Below the pieces are notes generated by a model, which saw nothing but the letters and a program-made list of their open reading frames with translations, had not been told where the DNA came from and did not search any database. DNA of 64,000 bases, taken from positions 192,001 to 256,000 of the forward strand of contig CAVZQC010000004.1 in the NCBI GenBank assembly GCA_963777315.1. Direction: 5' to 3'. Position numbers and translations under genes: made by a program. Within the stretch, counting starts at the first letter, position 1; every line of letters starts with the position of its first letter. Positions 50,428-60,142 of this stretch are shown piece by piece. Source of the DNA: Vulcanimicrobiota bacterium (GTDB lineage: Bacteria; Vulcanimicrobiota; Vulcanimicrobiia; Vulcanimicrobiales; Vulcanimicrobiaceae).

Positions 50428-51417
50428 TCAGCGCCAGAAGCGATACAGATACGCGCTGACGGCGAGATTGGCGCCGAACACCCCCATGATGCCGTAGCCC
50501 AAGGTCGAGAACGACAGCCATCCCGTCATCGCCGAAAGCGGCGAAGCGCCCATCCGCATGCCGATTGCCGCCAATGCTTCCGCGCCGCCGATGAATAGCG
50601 CGATCACGATGGACAGCAGCGTCATATTGAAATTGTAGAACAGTTTGCGGGCCGGTTGGACGTACGCCCAGCCGTACGCGCCGAGCATGGCCACACCTTC
50701 GGTCGTGTCGACGAGCGACATTCCGGCGACGAAGAGCGCGGGAAGCAATAAGATGTACGTGACGGGCATGCCTCCCGCGCCGGAGGCAGCCGAGATCCCC
50801 AGCAGCGCTATCTCGGTCGCCGTATCGAATCCCAGTCCGAATAAAATCCCCAGCGGGTACATGTGCCAGCTTTGCGTTACGAGACGCAATGCGGGCCGCA
50901 GGAGGCGCGCGAGCAGACCGCCGCCCGTATTGAACTCGACTTCTTTTTCTGTGCCGCCTTTGCCGCGAACGAGCTCGAGCAACACCACGACGTTCGCGCC
51001 GGCAATCGCAAGCAAAAACAAAGCGGAAACCGACGTGCCGACGATTGCGCCGACCGATTGCAAGCCCGGTAAGTGCCCCTTGAGGGCGACGCCGAACGCG
51101 GCTACGATTGCGCTTAACACGAACACGATCGTCGAGTGTCCGAGCGAAAAGAAAAAGCCGACGGCGACCGGACGCTGGCCGGCGTGCATGAGTTTGCGCG
51201 TGGTCGAGTCGATGGCTGCGATGTGATCGGGATCGACCGCGTGCCGCAATCCCAGCACGTACGCGGTCACACCCAGCGCCAGCAGCAACGGGTATCGCTG
51301 CGCGGCTGCAATGAGCGCGATCCATGCACCGCCGTTCAGGAGCGCCAGTATCGCGTAAACCGCGATTAAACGAGCACGCGTTTGTGCGCTATGCGCCGGT
51401 CCAAAAAATCGATCCAC
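50428..51417 (-). CDS. hoxN: High-affinity nickel/cobalt permease (NiCoT, HoxN/NixA family)
   Basis: GLRHAVDPDHIAAID, FSLGHSTIV and LFGLGFDTATE. Confidence 0.93.
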   Translation of the reverse strand: MDRFFGPAHSAQTRARLIAVYAILALLNGGAWIALIAAAQRYPLLLALGVTAYVLGLRHAVDPDHIAAIDSTTRKLMHAGQRPVAVGFFFSLGHSTIVFVLSAIVAAFGVALKGHLPGLQSVGAIVGTSVSALFLLAIAGANVVVLLELVRGKGGTEKEVEFNTGGGLLARLLRPALRLVTQSWHMYPLGILFGLGFDTATEIALLGISAASGAGGMPVTYILLLPALFVAGMSLVDTTEGVAMLGAYGWAYVQPARKLFYNFNMTLLSIVIALFIGGAEALAAIGMRMGASPLSAMTGWLSFSTLGYGIMGVFGANLAVSAYLYRFWR

Positions 51418-52037
51418 TCATCTACGCCCTCGCCGGTTCTGGTTGAAAGTTCCAGAACGGGCAGCTCCGGGTTGACGCGCGCGATGTTGGCCAGCGCCGC
51501 GGCGCGGTCGAAGGCCGTGGCGGCGGCCAAATCGGTCTTTGAAATCACGGCGACATGCGAAGTATTGAACGCCAGCGGGTACTTCAAGGGCTTGTCTTCG
51601 CCCTCGGTGACCGAGAAAAGCACGACGCGCAGATCTTCGCCCAAATCGTACTCTGCAGGACAAATCAGATTTCCTACGTTTTCAATTGCCAGCAGGTCGA
51701 CGTCGCCGGTGACGAAGTCTTCGAGCGCGGCGGTGATCATCTGCGCGTCGAGCCGGCATTCCGCCCCGGTGGATATTTGCTTGACCGGCGCCCCGCTACG
51801 CGCCAGGCGCAGAGCGTCGTTTTCGGTGGCTTGGTCGCCGACGAGCGCCGCCACGCGATAACGCGCGCTAAGCCGGCGCAGCGTTTCCTCGATCAGCGCG
51901 GTCTTTCCCGAGCCGGGGCTGGACAGCGCGTTGAGAACGTAGGTTCCTTTTTGCGCGAACCGCCCGCGCAGTTCATGCGCCAGCGTGCTGTTCTTGCGAA
52001 GAATGCTCTGCTGCACTTGCACCAGCCGCAGCGTCAT
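51366..52037 (-). CDS. hypB: Hydrogenase nickel-insertion GTPase HypB
   Basis: SSPGSGKT, ENVGNLICPAEYDLGE, SVTEGEDKPLKYP and SKTDL. Confidence 0.96.
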   Translation of the reverse strand: MTLRLVQVQQSILRKNSTLAHELRGRFAQKGTYVLNALSSPGSGKTALIEETLRRLSARYRVAALVGDQATENDALRLARSGAPVKQISTGAECRLDAQMITAALEDFVTGDVDLLAIENVGNLICPAEYDLGEDLRVVLFSVTEGEDKPLKYPLAFNTSHVAVISKTDLAAATAFDRAAALANIARVNPELPVLELSTRTGEGVDEWIDFLDRRIAHKRVLV

Positions 52038-52380
52038 AAATCACCTCCATTGCCGTAATGTGCAGTTCGCGGCCGCGCGTGATGACGGAAGACGAGGTCC
52101 CGCACACCGGGCAAACCGGAATCGTCCCGTTCGCGACGGTGCGCTCTAAACCGCACGGCGCGCACGATATCGCCAAAGGCACGTGCTCGATGTGCAGTGC
52201 AGCGCCTTGAGCTGGCGTGCCGTCTATTGCTAAATCCCATGCAAAGGTAAGCGCGTCCGGCACGACGCTCGTGAGTACGCCCACCTGCAGGTAGACTTCG
52301 CACACGCGCTCGATGCGCGCGCGTGCCGCTTGCTCGCAAACCTCCTCGGCAATTGCCAATGCAATTGAGGCCTCATGCAC
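51973..52380 (-). CDS. hypA: Hydrogenase nickel metallochaperone HypA
   Basis: GTG start giving (M)HEASIA. CAPC...CPVC and GREL. Confidence 0.93.
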   Translation of the reverse strand: MHEASIALAIAEEVCEQAARARIERVCEVYLQVGVLTSVVPDALTFAWDLAIDGTPAQGAALHIEHVPLAISCAPCGLERTVANGTIPVCPVCGTSSSVITRGRELHITAMEVIYDAAAGASAAEHSSQEQHAGA

Positions 52381-52486
52381 GCCTGCACTATTCCCAAATA
52401 AACAGCGAGCCCATCCAAAGGATGTTTTTCCGTATGCGGAAAGGTTGCAAACAAAGTTGGGTAAGGACAACGCAGGAGGTGGCGCT

Positions 52487-52972
52487 ATGGCAGACGCCGT
52501 GAGCGTATTAAAGGAGCAGCACGTTGAAGTCGACGGTCTCATGATGAAGATCGAGCGCGTGCAGGATCCCACGCTGCGGTCGCAAGTTTTTCGCACCATC
52601 GACACCAACCTGCGCAACCACGCGCACATCGAAGAAACGATCTTCTATCCGGAGTTCAAAAAGCGTGCGCGCAATCACTCGCAAAGTGAAGAGGTCGACG
52701 AGAGCCTGGAGGAGCACGCCGAGGTAAAGGCCACGCTCGAAGCGCTCGAAAAGACGGACCCGCGCGACCAATCATTTGTAGCGGGACTGCAAAAGCTCAA
52801 GCGGCTCGTCAAGCACCACGTCGACGAAGAAGAGCACGGCATGCTGCGCCAAGCGCCCAAAATTTTCAGCACGCGCGAGCTCGACGACATGGGCTTTCTC
52901 ATGGAGGAAGCTTTACGGCAAGCGTCGCCCGTCTACGAGATGAGCGGCCCTGCGCCACCCCAGCGTTCGTAA
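52487..52972 (+). CDS. Hemerythrin (HHE) domain protein
   Basis: AGGAGG RBS. LKEQH...HAHIEETIFYP...EEH...HHVDEEE. Confidence 0.9.
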   Translation: MADAVSVLKEQHVEVDGLMMKIERVQDPTLRSQVFRTIDTNLRNHAHIEETIFYPEFKKRARNHSQSEEVDESLEEHAEVKATLEALEKTDPRDQSFVAGLQKLKRLVKHHVDEEEHGMLRQAPKIFSTRELDDMGFLMEEALRQASPVYEMSGPAPPQRS

Positions 52973-53011
52973 GATCGGGATCGATTCTCCAACTCACACC
53001 GGAGGCCGCCA

Positions 53012-54046
53012 ATGCCAAAAACACTTCCTCCCGTTCCGGAAATCAATCTGCTGTGGATCAACGCAGGCTTGAGCTGCGACGGCGACTCGGTTTCGCTGAC
53101 CAACGCAACGCTGCCCAGCGTTGAAGAGATGGTCATGGGCGCGATCCCGGGCCTTCCCAAGCTCAACGTGTATTGGCCGATCGTGGCATACGAAGTCGGC
53201 AGCGACTTCATGCAGGCGTTCTTCAAGGCCGAACGCGGCGAAATGGATCCGTTCGTTTTGGTCGTCGAAGGTTCCATCCCCAACGAAAAAATCAAGAGCG
53301 AGGGCTACTGGTCCGGATTCGGCAACGACCCGGCTACCGGGCAGCCGATCACGGTTTCCGAATGGCTCGATCGGTTGGCACCCAAAGCGCTCGCGGTTCT
53401 CGCGGCCGGAACGTGCGCCACGTACGGCGGCATTCATGCGATGTACGGCAATCCGACGGGCGCGATGGGCGTGCCCGACTATTTGGGCTGGGACTGGAAA
53501 TCGATTGCGGGCGTACCGGTGATCTGCGTTCCGGGCTGCCCGGTGCAGCCCGACAATTTGGCCGAAACGCTGCTGCACGTTTTACGCATGGCCGGCGGCA
53601 AGGCGCCGCTGATTCCGCTCGACGAAATGCTGCGGCCGAAGTGGCTGTTCGACAAAACGGTGCACGAGGGCTGCGATCGCGCGGGCTTCTACGAAGAAGG
53701 CAATTTCGCAAACGAATACGGTTCGCCGAAATGCTTGGTGAAGATCGGCTGCTGGGGGCCGGTGGTCAAATGCAACGTTCCCAAGCGGGGCTGGATGGAC
53801 GGCATAGGCGGCTGTCCGAACGTGGGCGGCATTTGCATGGCATGCACCATGCCCGGATTCCCCGACAAATACATGCCGTTCATGGATGAGCCTCCGGGCG
53901 CAACGCTTTCGACCACGCTGGTCACCGGTTACGGCCGGTTCATCCGCACGATGCGCAGCTCGACGATCCATACCGGCGACAAGGAGCCCAAGTGGCGCCA
54001 TAAGGGCGACGTCCTCACCACGGGATACCAGCCCAAAGCCTACTGA
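53012..54046 (+). CDS. hhyS: Group 1h [NiFe]-hydrogenase small subunit
   Basis: LWINAGLSCDGDS, GTCATYGG, PGCP, HEGCDR, CLVKIGCWGP and GGCPNVGGICMACTMPGFPD. No Tat leader. Confidence 0.93.
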   Translation: MPKTLPPVPEINLLWINAGLSCDGDSVSLTNATLPSVEEMVMGAIPGLPKLNVYWPIVAYEVGSDFMQAFFKAERGEMDPFVLVVEGSIPNEKIKSEGYWSGFGNDPATGQPITVSEWLDRLAPKALAVLAAGTCATYGGIHAMYGNPTGAMGVPDYLGWDWKSIAGVPVICVPGCPVQPDNLAETLLHVLRMAGGKAPLIPLDEMLRPKWLFDKTVHEGCDRAGFYEEGNFANEYGSPKCLVKIGCWGPVVKCNVPKRGWMDGIGGCPNVGGICMACTMPGFPDKYMPFMDEPPGATLSTTLVTGYGRFIRTMRSSTIHTGDKEPKWRHKGDVLTTGYQPKAY

Positions 54047-54084
54047 TTTTTCTCGCTTTCGCTTAAAGACAACGGGGAGCCGCC

Positions 54085-55875
54085 ATGGCGATCAAAGACT
54101 TTCCATCAGCAGCACAAGACACCGGCGGAAGACAGCTGGTGGAGATGTCGTGGGATCCGATCACGCGCATCGTTGGAAATCTGGGCATTTACACGAAGAT
54201 CGACTTCAAGCAAAAAGAAGTTGCGGAGTGCTACAGCACGTCGTCGATCTTCCGCGGCTACAGCGTGTTCATGCGCGGCAAGGATCCGCGCGACGCCCAC
54301 TTCATTACCAGCCGCATCTGCGGCATCTGCGGCGACAATCACGCATCCTGCTCGGTCTACTGCCAGAACATGGCCTACGGCGTCGAAACGCCGCCGATGG
54401 GTGAAGTGATCATGAACTTGGGCGAGTCCGCGGAGTACATGTTCGATCACAATATCTATCAAGAGAATTTGGTCGGGGTGGACTTTTGCGAGAAGATGGT
54501 GCGCGAAACCAATCCCGGCGTGTGGGAAAAAGCCAAGACCACCGAGGCGCCGCACGCGTCCGAGCACGGATACCGTACCGTTGCGGACATCATGACCGCG
54601 CTCAACCCGTTCGAAGGTGAAATCTATCGGTTAGGCCTGGTGAACAGCCGTCTGACGCGAGAGATGTTCTGCTTGATGGAAGGGCGCCACGTTCATCCGT
54701 CGACGCTCTATCCGGGCGGCGTGGGCACCATGGCGGTGCAGCAGACGTTCACCGATTATTTGGTGCGCCTGATGCGCTACATCGAGTGGATGAAGGTCTG
54801 CGTTCCGCTTCACGACGATCTGTTCGATTTCTTCTATGAAGCGTTGCCCGGTTACGAGCACGTCGGCGAACGCCGCGTGCTGCTGGGATGCTGGGGCGCG
54901 CTCAACCACGAAGGCGAGTGCGACTTCCAGTATCGTCACATGACCAAATGGGGTCGCCAAATGTGGGTGACTCCCGGTGTCGTCGTGGATGGAAAGCTCG
55001 TCACCAACGATTTGGTCGACATCAATTTGAATTTGCGGATCCTGTTGGGTCATTCGTATTATCTGGATTGGGAGCAGCAGGAGAAGCTGGTCGATCGCGA
55101 TCCGCTGGGCAATCCCGTCGACGCGCGCCATCCCTGGAACGCGCGCCAGATTCCGGCGCCGAAAAAGCGCGACTTCGGCGGGCAGTATAGCTGGGTGATG
55201 TCCCCGCGCTGGTTCCACGACAACCAGTATCTCGCGCTCGACACCGGCGGCGGTCCGCTCGCGCGGCTGTGGTCGACGGCGCTGTCGGGACTGGTCGACA
55301 ACGGCTACGTCAAAGCCACCGGCAACAGCGTGGAAATGACGCTGCCCAAGACGGCGCTCAAACCCGAGATGAAACTCGAGTGGAAGATTCCCAAATGGAG
55401 CAACGCGATCGAACGCGACCGCGCGCGCACGTACTTCCAAGCGTATGCAGCGGCGTCCGCGATGTATTTTTGCGAAGTGGCGCTCGACTTGCTGGCAAAG
55501 GGCGAGACCAAAACTTGGAGCGCGTTTAAGGTCCCCAAGGAAGCGATCAGCGTGGGATTCACCGAAGCCGTGCGCGGCGTCCTCTCGCATCACATGGTGA
55601 TCCGCGACGGCAAGATCGAAAACTACCAGCCGTGGCCCCCGACGCCGTGGAATGCCAGCCCGCGCGACAGCTACGGCACACCCGGTCCGTACGAAGACGC
55701 CGTGCAGAACACGCCGATCTTCGAGGAGAACGGCCCCGATAGTTTCAAGGGCATCGACATCATGCGCGCGGTGCGCAGCTTCGATCCGTGCCTGCCGTGC
55801 GGCGTACACATGTACTTGGGAGGCGGTAAGACGATCGAACGAATACACACGCCTTTCGCCGCCGCCGAGGCTTAG
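54085..55875 (+). CDS. hhyL: Group 1h [NiFe]-hydrogenase large subunit
   Basis: WDPITRIVG. L1 motif TSRICGICGDNH. L2 motif RSFDPCLPCGVH plus a cleavable tail. Confidence 0.95.
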   Translation: MAIKDFPSAAQDTGGRQLVEMSWDPITRIVGNLGIYTKIDFKQKEVAECYSTSSIFRGYSVFMRGKDPRDAHFITSRICGICGDNHASCSVYCQNMAYGVETPPMGEVIMNLGESAEYMFDHNIYQENLVGVDFCEKMVRETNPGVWEKAKTTEAPHASEHGYRTVADIMTALNPFEGEIYRLGLVNSRLTREMFCLMEGRHVHPSTLYPGGVGTMAVQQTFTDYLVRLMRYIEWMKVCVPLHDDLFDFFYEALPGYEHVGERRVLLGCWGALNHEGECDFQYRHMTKWGRQMWVTPGVVVDGKLVTNDLVDINLNLRILLGHSYYLDWEQQEKLVDRDPLGNPVDARHPWNARQIPAPKKRDFGGQYSWVMSPRWFHDNQYLALDTGGGPLARLWSTALSGLVDNGYVKATGNSVEMTLPKTALKPEMKLEWKIPKWSNAIERDRARTYFQAYAAASAMYFCEVALDLLAKGETKTWSAFKVPKEAISVGFTEAVRGVLSHHMVIRDGKIENYQPWPPTPWNASPRDSYGTPGPYEDAVQNTPIFEENGPDSFKGIDIMRAVRSFDPCLPCGVHMYLGGGKTIERIHTPFAAAEA

Positions 55876-55882
55876 CGCGCCG

Positions 55883-56719
55883 GTGGCGGACGATCTGCTG
55901 CGTGAGTCCAGTGAACGCGTCGAAACGCTGCTGCAGCGGTTCGACGCGTTTCCGCCTGCAACGGGCGCGCGCACCGACGCCGGCGAATTGGTGCGGATCA
56001 TTTCGGCTCTGTACGGCGAGGCGCTCGCGCGCATCGGCCGAACGCTGCGCGAGCAGCTGGGCGATTCTGCGCAGGGCGTGCTCGAGCAATGCTGCAGCGA
56101 TCCGCTCGTTGCCAGCCTGATGATCGCGCACGGCCTGCACCCGGTCCCTTTGGAGGAGCGGGTCCGGCGGGCGATCGATTCCGTGCGGCCGTACATGCAA
56201 TCGCACAAGGGCGACGTAGAGATTCTCTCGATCGACGAAGACGTCGTCGAACTGCGCTTGCACGGAACGTGCGACGGATGCGCTTCCTCGCAGGCCACGC
56301 TCAAGCTCAACGTCGAGCGCGCGATCTTTGCGGCGGCGCCCGAGATTTTGGAAGTGCGCGCAGACGGCGCCGTCGCTTCGGTTCCGGAAATCTTGCCTTC
56401 GGTCAGCCGTTGGAGCGAAGTTTCCGCTCCGGCCGATATGCGCGCCGCCGAAGTCCGTTCGGTGCACGTCGACGACGTCGGCGTTCTGCTGATGCGTGAT
56501 GCCGGCACGTGGTACGCGTACCGCGATCGCTGTCCGATTTGCTTGGACGCCGTGCGGTCCCCGCAGCTCGTTTGGCCGCTGCTGTCGTGCGGCGCCTGCG
56601 GCCACTCGTTCGACGTCGTGCACGCCGGACGATCGCCGCAGAACGGCAGCGCGCTAGAGCCGTTGCCGCTGAGCGGGGACGATGAGCGGCTGCGTATCGC
56701 CGTTCCAGTTGGGGCATAG
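55883..56719 (+). CDS. NifU-like protein with a C-terminal Rieske-like domain
   Basis: HGLHP, VRPYMQSHKGDVE and GTCDGCASS. YAYRDRCPIC...CGACGHSFDV. Confidence 0.85.
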   Translation: MADDLLRESSERVETLLQRFDAFPPATGARTDAGELVRIISALYGEALARIGRTLREQLGDSAQGVLEQCCSDPLVASLMIAHGLHPVPLEERVRRAIDSVRPYMQSHKGDVEILSIDEDVVELRLHGTCDGCASSQATLKLNVERAIFAAAPEILEVRADGAVASVPEILPSVSRWSEVSAPADMRAAEVRSVHVDDVGVLLMRDAGTWYAYRDRCPICLDAVRSPQLVWPLLSCGACGHSFDVVHAGRSPQNGSALEPLPLSGDDERLRIAVPVGA

Positions 56720-56728
56720 AGCGCCGCC

Positions 56729-57352
56729 GTGAGTTTTTCGCTGACTAAACTCCTGGGTGAACCGCGCAAATCCGGGGGCCCGACGTGCGAAATTTGCGCA
56801 TCGCCGCTGGAAGATCGGCACGGGCATGCAGTCGACACGGCGGATCGGCGGCTGCTGTGCACGTGCTATGCGTGTACGCTGCTTTTCGCCGCGCCCGGTG
56901 CGGCACGCGGACGGTTCAAAATCGTGCCCAAGCGATACGAACCGGTCCCCTCGCCGCTCTTCAGCGACGCACAGTGGGACGCGTTGGGCATCCCGATTGG
57001 CCTCGCATTTTTTTTTGAAAACAGCGTCGATAATCGCGTGACGGCGTTTTATCCCGGTCCGGCCGGCGCAACGGAATCGCAGTTGCCGCTGCAAGCGTGG
57101 CAAGAGCTGCGCGCACGCGAGCCGCTCATCGATTCGATGCTGCCCGACGTTGAAGCCGCGCTGGTGTATCGCCCTAGAGGGCGTGAGTCGCAGTCGTATA
57201 TCGCGCCTATCGATGCCTGTTACGAACTGGTCGGCTTGATCCGCTCGACGTGGAAAGGCCTGGACGGGGGCGATGCCGTGCAAAATGCGGTCGAGGGCTT
57301 TTTCCAACGGCTCGCTTCGCTGGCTGAAGGCACGATCGAGGGCGGAGTATGA
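56729..57352 (+). CDS. Group 1h hydrogenase-associated conserved protein (DUF5947-like)
   Basis: CEIC...H.H...LLCTCYAC, IPIGLAFF, FYPGPAGATES and PIDACYELVG. Confidence 0.8.
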   Translation: MSFSLTKLLGEPRKSGGPTCEICASPLEDRHGHAVDTADRRLLCTCYACTLLFAAPGAARGRFKIVPKRYEPVPSPLFSDAQWDALGIPIGLAFFFENSVDNRVTAFYPGPAGATESQLPLQAWQELRAREPLIDSMLPDVEAALVYRPRGRESQSYIAPIDACYELVGLIRSTWKGLDGGDAVQNAVEGFFQRLASLAEGTIEGGV

Positions 57353-57972
57353 ACTCGCTGCAGTTTTCCGTGGCGAGCGTAGCGGCACAGCAGCGCGTCG
57401 CGTCGCCGACGATCGTGTTCCGGCTGCGAATCCGCTGCGACGGCGAGCCGGTCGAGGCGATGGTGCTGCGCGCACAGCTGCGGATCGAACCGCAATGGCG
57501 AGCCTACGATTCGCGTCAGCAGTCGCTGCTCTACGATATGTTCGGAACGCCGGACCGTTGGGGCAAGACGCTGCATACGCTGGCATGGGCAGACATTCCG
57601 GTGGTCGTGCCGGCTTTCGCGGGCCAGACCGAAGTCGACGTCGGCGTGGCCTGCACGTACGATTTCGACGTGACGGCCACGCGCTATTTGAGCGCAGTCA
57701 ACGACGGCGAGATACCGGTTCGGCTGTTGTTCAGCGGATCGGTTTTTCGGCGATCGCCCGAAGGCTTTTCGGCCGAGCAGGTACCCTGGGAATGTGAGTG
57801 TGCGTACCGTATGCCGGCGAGCACCTGGCACGATGCAATGAAGGCGTGCTACGGCGATGCGGCGTTGATCCGCGTCGATCGGGAAACCTTCGATGAGCTG
57901 CACGCGTTCCGCGCGCGCAGCGGTCTCACCAGTTGGGAACATACGTTCACGCGGCTGCTGGAGCCGACATGA
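57349..57972 (+). CDS. Group 1h hydrogenase-associated conserved protein (DUF6084-like)
   Basis: QLRIEP, FGTPDRWG, CTYDFDV and LLFSGSVF. Confidence 0.8.
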   Translation: MNSLQFSVASVAAQQRVASPTIVFRLRIRCDGEPVEAMVLRAQLRIEPQWRAYDSRQQSLLYDMFGTPDRWGKTLHTLAWADIPVVVPAFAGQTEVDVGVACTYDFDVTATRYLSAVNDGEIPVRLLFSGSVFRRSPEGFSAEQVPWECECAYRMPASTWHDAMKACYGDAALIRVDRETFDELHAFRARSGLTSWEHTFTRLLEPT

Positions 57973-59081
57973 ATCATCCCGATCAAGCGCGCGCGATTGC
58001 GGATGCCGTACTCTACGAAGGGTTTCTGCTCTATCCGTACACCGGCAGCGCGCTCAAAAACCAAATGCCGTGGCAATTCGGCGTGCTCATGCCGCAGGGA
58101 TACTCGGATGCCAGCGAGCGGACCGCCATGCGCGCGCAGATGCCGGCCTTTAGGTTGGGCGACGATCCGCGCGTCGAGGTAACGGCGCGTTTTCTGCAGG
58201 TCGGCGCTAGCCCTGTGGAGCGGGAAGTGTCGCTGTCCGCAAAGCTCGTCCCGGGCACGACGATGCGGCCGTTTGCGATCGACGTGCTTTGCGGCCGGCT
58301 GACGCTCGACATCGCTGCGGACGGCGACTATTTACGCGTGACGCTTTCGCTGGAAAACCATGGGACCACCGCGCCGCAGGCCGATCGCAAGGAAGCCCTG
58401 CGCACCGCGCTCGTCAGTGCGCACGCGATTCTCACCGCGCACGACGGGGCATTCGTCTCGCTGCTCGATCCGCCGGACGCTGCCAAAGAAGCGGTCTCGC
58501 GCTGTGAAAACCAGGGCGTATTCCCGGTTCTGACCGGTGAACCGCGCGAAGGCGGCCGCACCGCGTCAACGATCTTTGCTTCTCCCATCATTCTCTACGA
58601 TTTCCCGGCTATTTCGGCGGCCAGCCGCGGGCAGACGTTCGACGCGACCGAGATCGACGAGCTGCTTTTGCTGAGCGTAGCGTCGCTCGCGGATCGCGAA
58701 AAACAGGAGGCACGCGCCACGCACGGCTTCGCGCGCGAGCTGGTGGAGCGGGCGGAAGCGCTCGACGCGCATACGCTGGGAACGCTGCACGGCAAGACGT
58801 CCGTTCAGCGGGAACCGGGCGATGAGAGCGTGACGATCGCCGGAGCGACGGTCCGCCCCGGTTCACGCGTGCGGGTGCACCCGCAGGGCCGAACCGACAT
58901 TTGGGACAGTTTCGTCGCCGGACGAACGGCGAGCGTGTGCGCCGTACACACGGACTTTGAGGGAAAGCGGTACGTCGGCGTGGTGTTCGACGACGACCCC
59001 GCGAGCGAGATGCACGAATGGTACGGTCGCTCGTTCATGTACGGCGCGCACGAGATCGAACCACTGGAATCCGCGCCATGA
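57969..59081 (+). CDS. Group 1h hydrogenase-associated conserved protein
   Basis: IADAVLYEGFLLYPY...KNQ..WQFG, SPIILYDFP and FDATEIDE. Confidence 0.8.
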   Translation: MNHPDQARAIADAVLYEGFLLYPYTGSALKNQMPWQFGVLMPQGYSDASERTAMRAQMPAFRLGDDPRVEVTARFLQVGASPVEREVSLSAKLVPGTTMRPFAIDVLCGRLTLDIAADGDYLRVTLSLENHGTTAPQADRKEALRTALVSAHAILTAHDGAFVSLLDPPDAAKEAVSRCENQGVFPVLTGEPREGGRTASTIFASPIILYDFPAISAASRGQTFDATEIDELLLLSVASLADREKQEARATHGFARELVERAEALDAHTLGTLHGKTSVQREPGDESVTIAGATVRPGSRVRVHPQGRTDIWDSFVAGRTASVCAVHTDFEGKRYVGVVFDDDPASEMHEWYGRSFMYGAHEIEPLESAP

Positions 59082-59584
59082 AAGCGCTGGTCGCCGGCTT
59101 CGGCAACGTCTTTTTCAGCGACGACGGCTTTGGGCCGCAGGCCGTCGGTTTGTACCGCGCTCGATGGGCCGAGGAGGGCGTGCGCGCACGCGACTTCGGT
59201 ATAAGCGGCATGCACTTAGCGCTGGAAATGCTCGAACCGTACGAGGTGGTCGTGGTCGTGGACGCGATCGCCCGCGACGAACCGCCCGGCACGCTGTTCG
59301 TAGTCGAGCCCGAATCGAGTCAAGCGCCGGCAGCGCCGGACGCGCATGCGATGGACGTGCGCGGCGTGTTGGCCCTGTACGAGCGGCTCAAGAATGAAAT
59401 GGAACCGTCCCGAAACCCGAAAATCGTGCTGGTCGGATGCGTGCCTGAGACCACGGCCGAAGGCATGACGTTAAGCCCTGCAGTTGCGCATGCTTTGCCG
59501 GCGGCGGCCGAACTGATACGCGACGTCGTAGTTCGCTGCGGGAACCTGGAACGCAACACGACTTCAACTGGAGCAATGCCATGA
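59078..59584 (+). CDS. Hydrogenase maturation endopeptidase (HupD/HyaD family)
   Basis: AGFGNVFFSDDGFG, DFGISGMHL, VVDA and DAHAM. Confidence 0.92.
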   Translation: MKALVAGFGNVFFSDDGFGPQAVGLYRARWAEEGVRARDFGISGMHLALEMLEPYEVVVVVDAIARDEPPGTLFVVEPESSQAPAAPDAHAMDVRGVLALYERLKNEMEPSRNPKIVLVGCVPETTAEGMTLSPAVAHALPAAAELIRDVVVRCGNLERNTTSTGAMP

Positions 59585-59844
59585 AAAAGAGACATGTTTT
59601 GGGCACGCTGGCCGGCGCGGCAGCCGCGTTTGCTTTCGCGCGCATGGGGATGAAGATGTCGCGCGATCTCAAGCGGTACGATCATCTGCGATCGCTTTCC
59701 AACGAAGGTCCCGTTATGCAGGAAACGCCCGAGATGCTCGCGCAAGTGCTCACGTACGAACGCCATTTCGTGAAGAATATCATTGCGTTCGTTCAAGCGG
59801 TGCCCAAAGACATTGCGCGGTACATGAAGATAGAGTCGATGTAA
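59581..59844 (+). CDS. Small membrane-anchored hypothetical protein
   Basis: N-terminal hydrophobic helix, ending KDIARYMKIESM. Coupled to both neighbours. Confidence 0.7.
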   Translation: MKKRHVLGTLAGAAAAFAFARMGMKMSRDLKRYDHLRSLSNEGPVMQETPEMLAQVLTYERHFVKNIIAFVQAVPKDIARYMKIESM

Positions 59845-60138
59845 ATGTGCCTTGCGATCCCCGGACAAGTCGTGGAATTTTCCAGCGAGCAGCCCATGCT
59901 CGCCAAGGTCGACGTGGTGGGCGTAAAGCGCAACATCAATATCGGGCTTTTGGCTGATGAACCGCTGGAGGTCGGCGACTGGGTGCTGATCCACGTCGGG
60001 TTTGCAATGAGCAAAATCGGCCAAGAGCAGGCGCGCGATCAACTGCAGATGATTGCGGCGCTCGGTGAGGACCGCCAAGCGATGGACGAAGTTCGCGGGT
60101 ACTCCTTTGCCGAGCAATCGGGCAGCGGCTCGGGATGA
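59845..60138 (+). CDS. hypC: Hydrogenase maturation chaperone HypC
   Basis: MCLAIPG and VGDWVLIHVGFAM. Confidence 0.96.
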   Translation: MCLAIPGQVVEFSSEQPMLAKVDVVGVKRNINIGLLADEPLEVGDWVLIHVGFAMSKIGQEQARDQLQMIAALGEDRQAMDEVRGYSFAEQSGSGSG

Positions 60139-60142
60139 CGAT

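Noticed and set aside
49700..51325. 541-aa Arg-rich ORF overlapping the NiCoT and antiporter genes
   Set aside because: Alternative frame of hydrophobic genes. The Arg richness is a frame artefact.
54631..56862. 743-aa minus-strand ORF over hhyL and the NifU-like gene
   Set aside because: Antisense shadow with low-complexity Arg/Ala/Ser composition.
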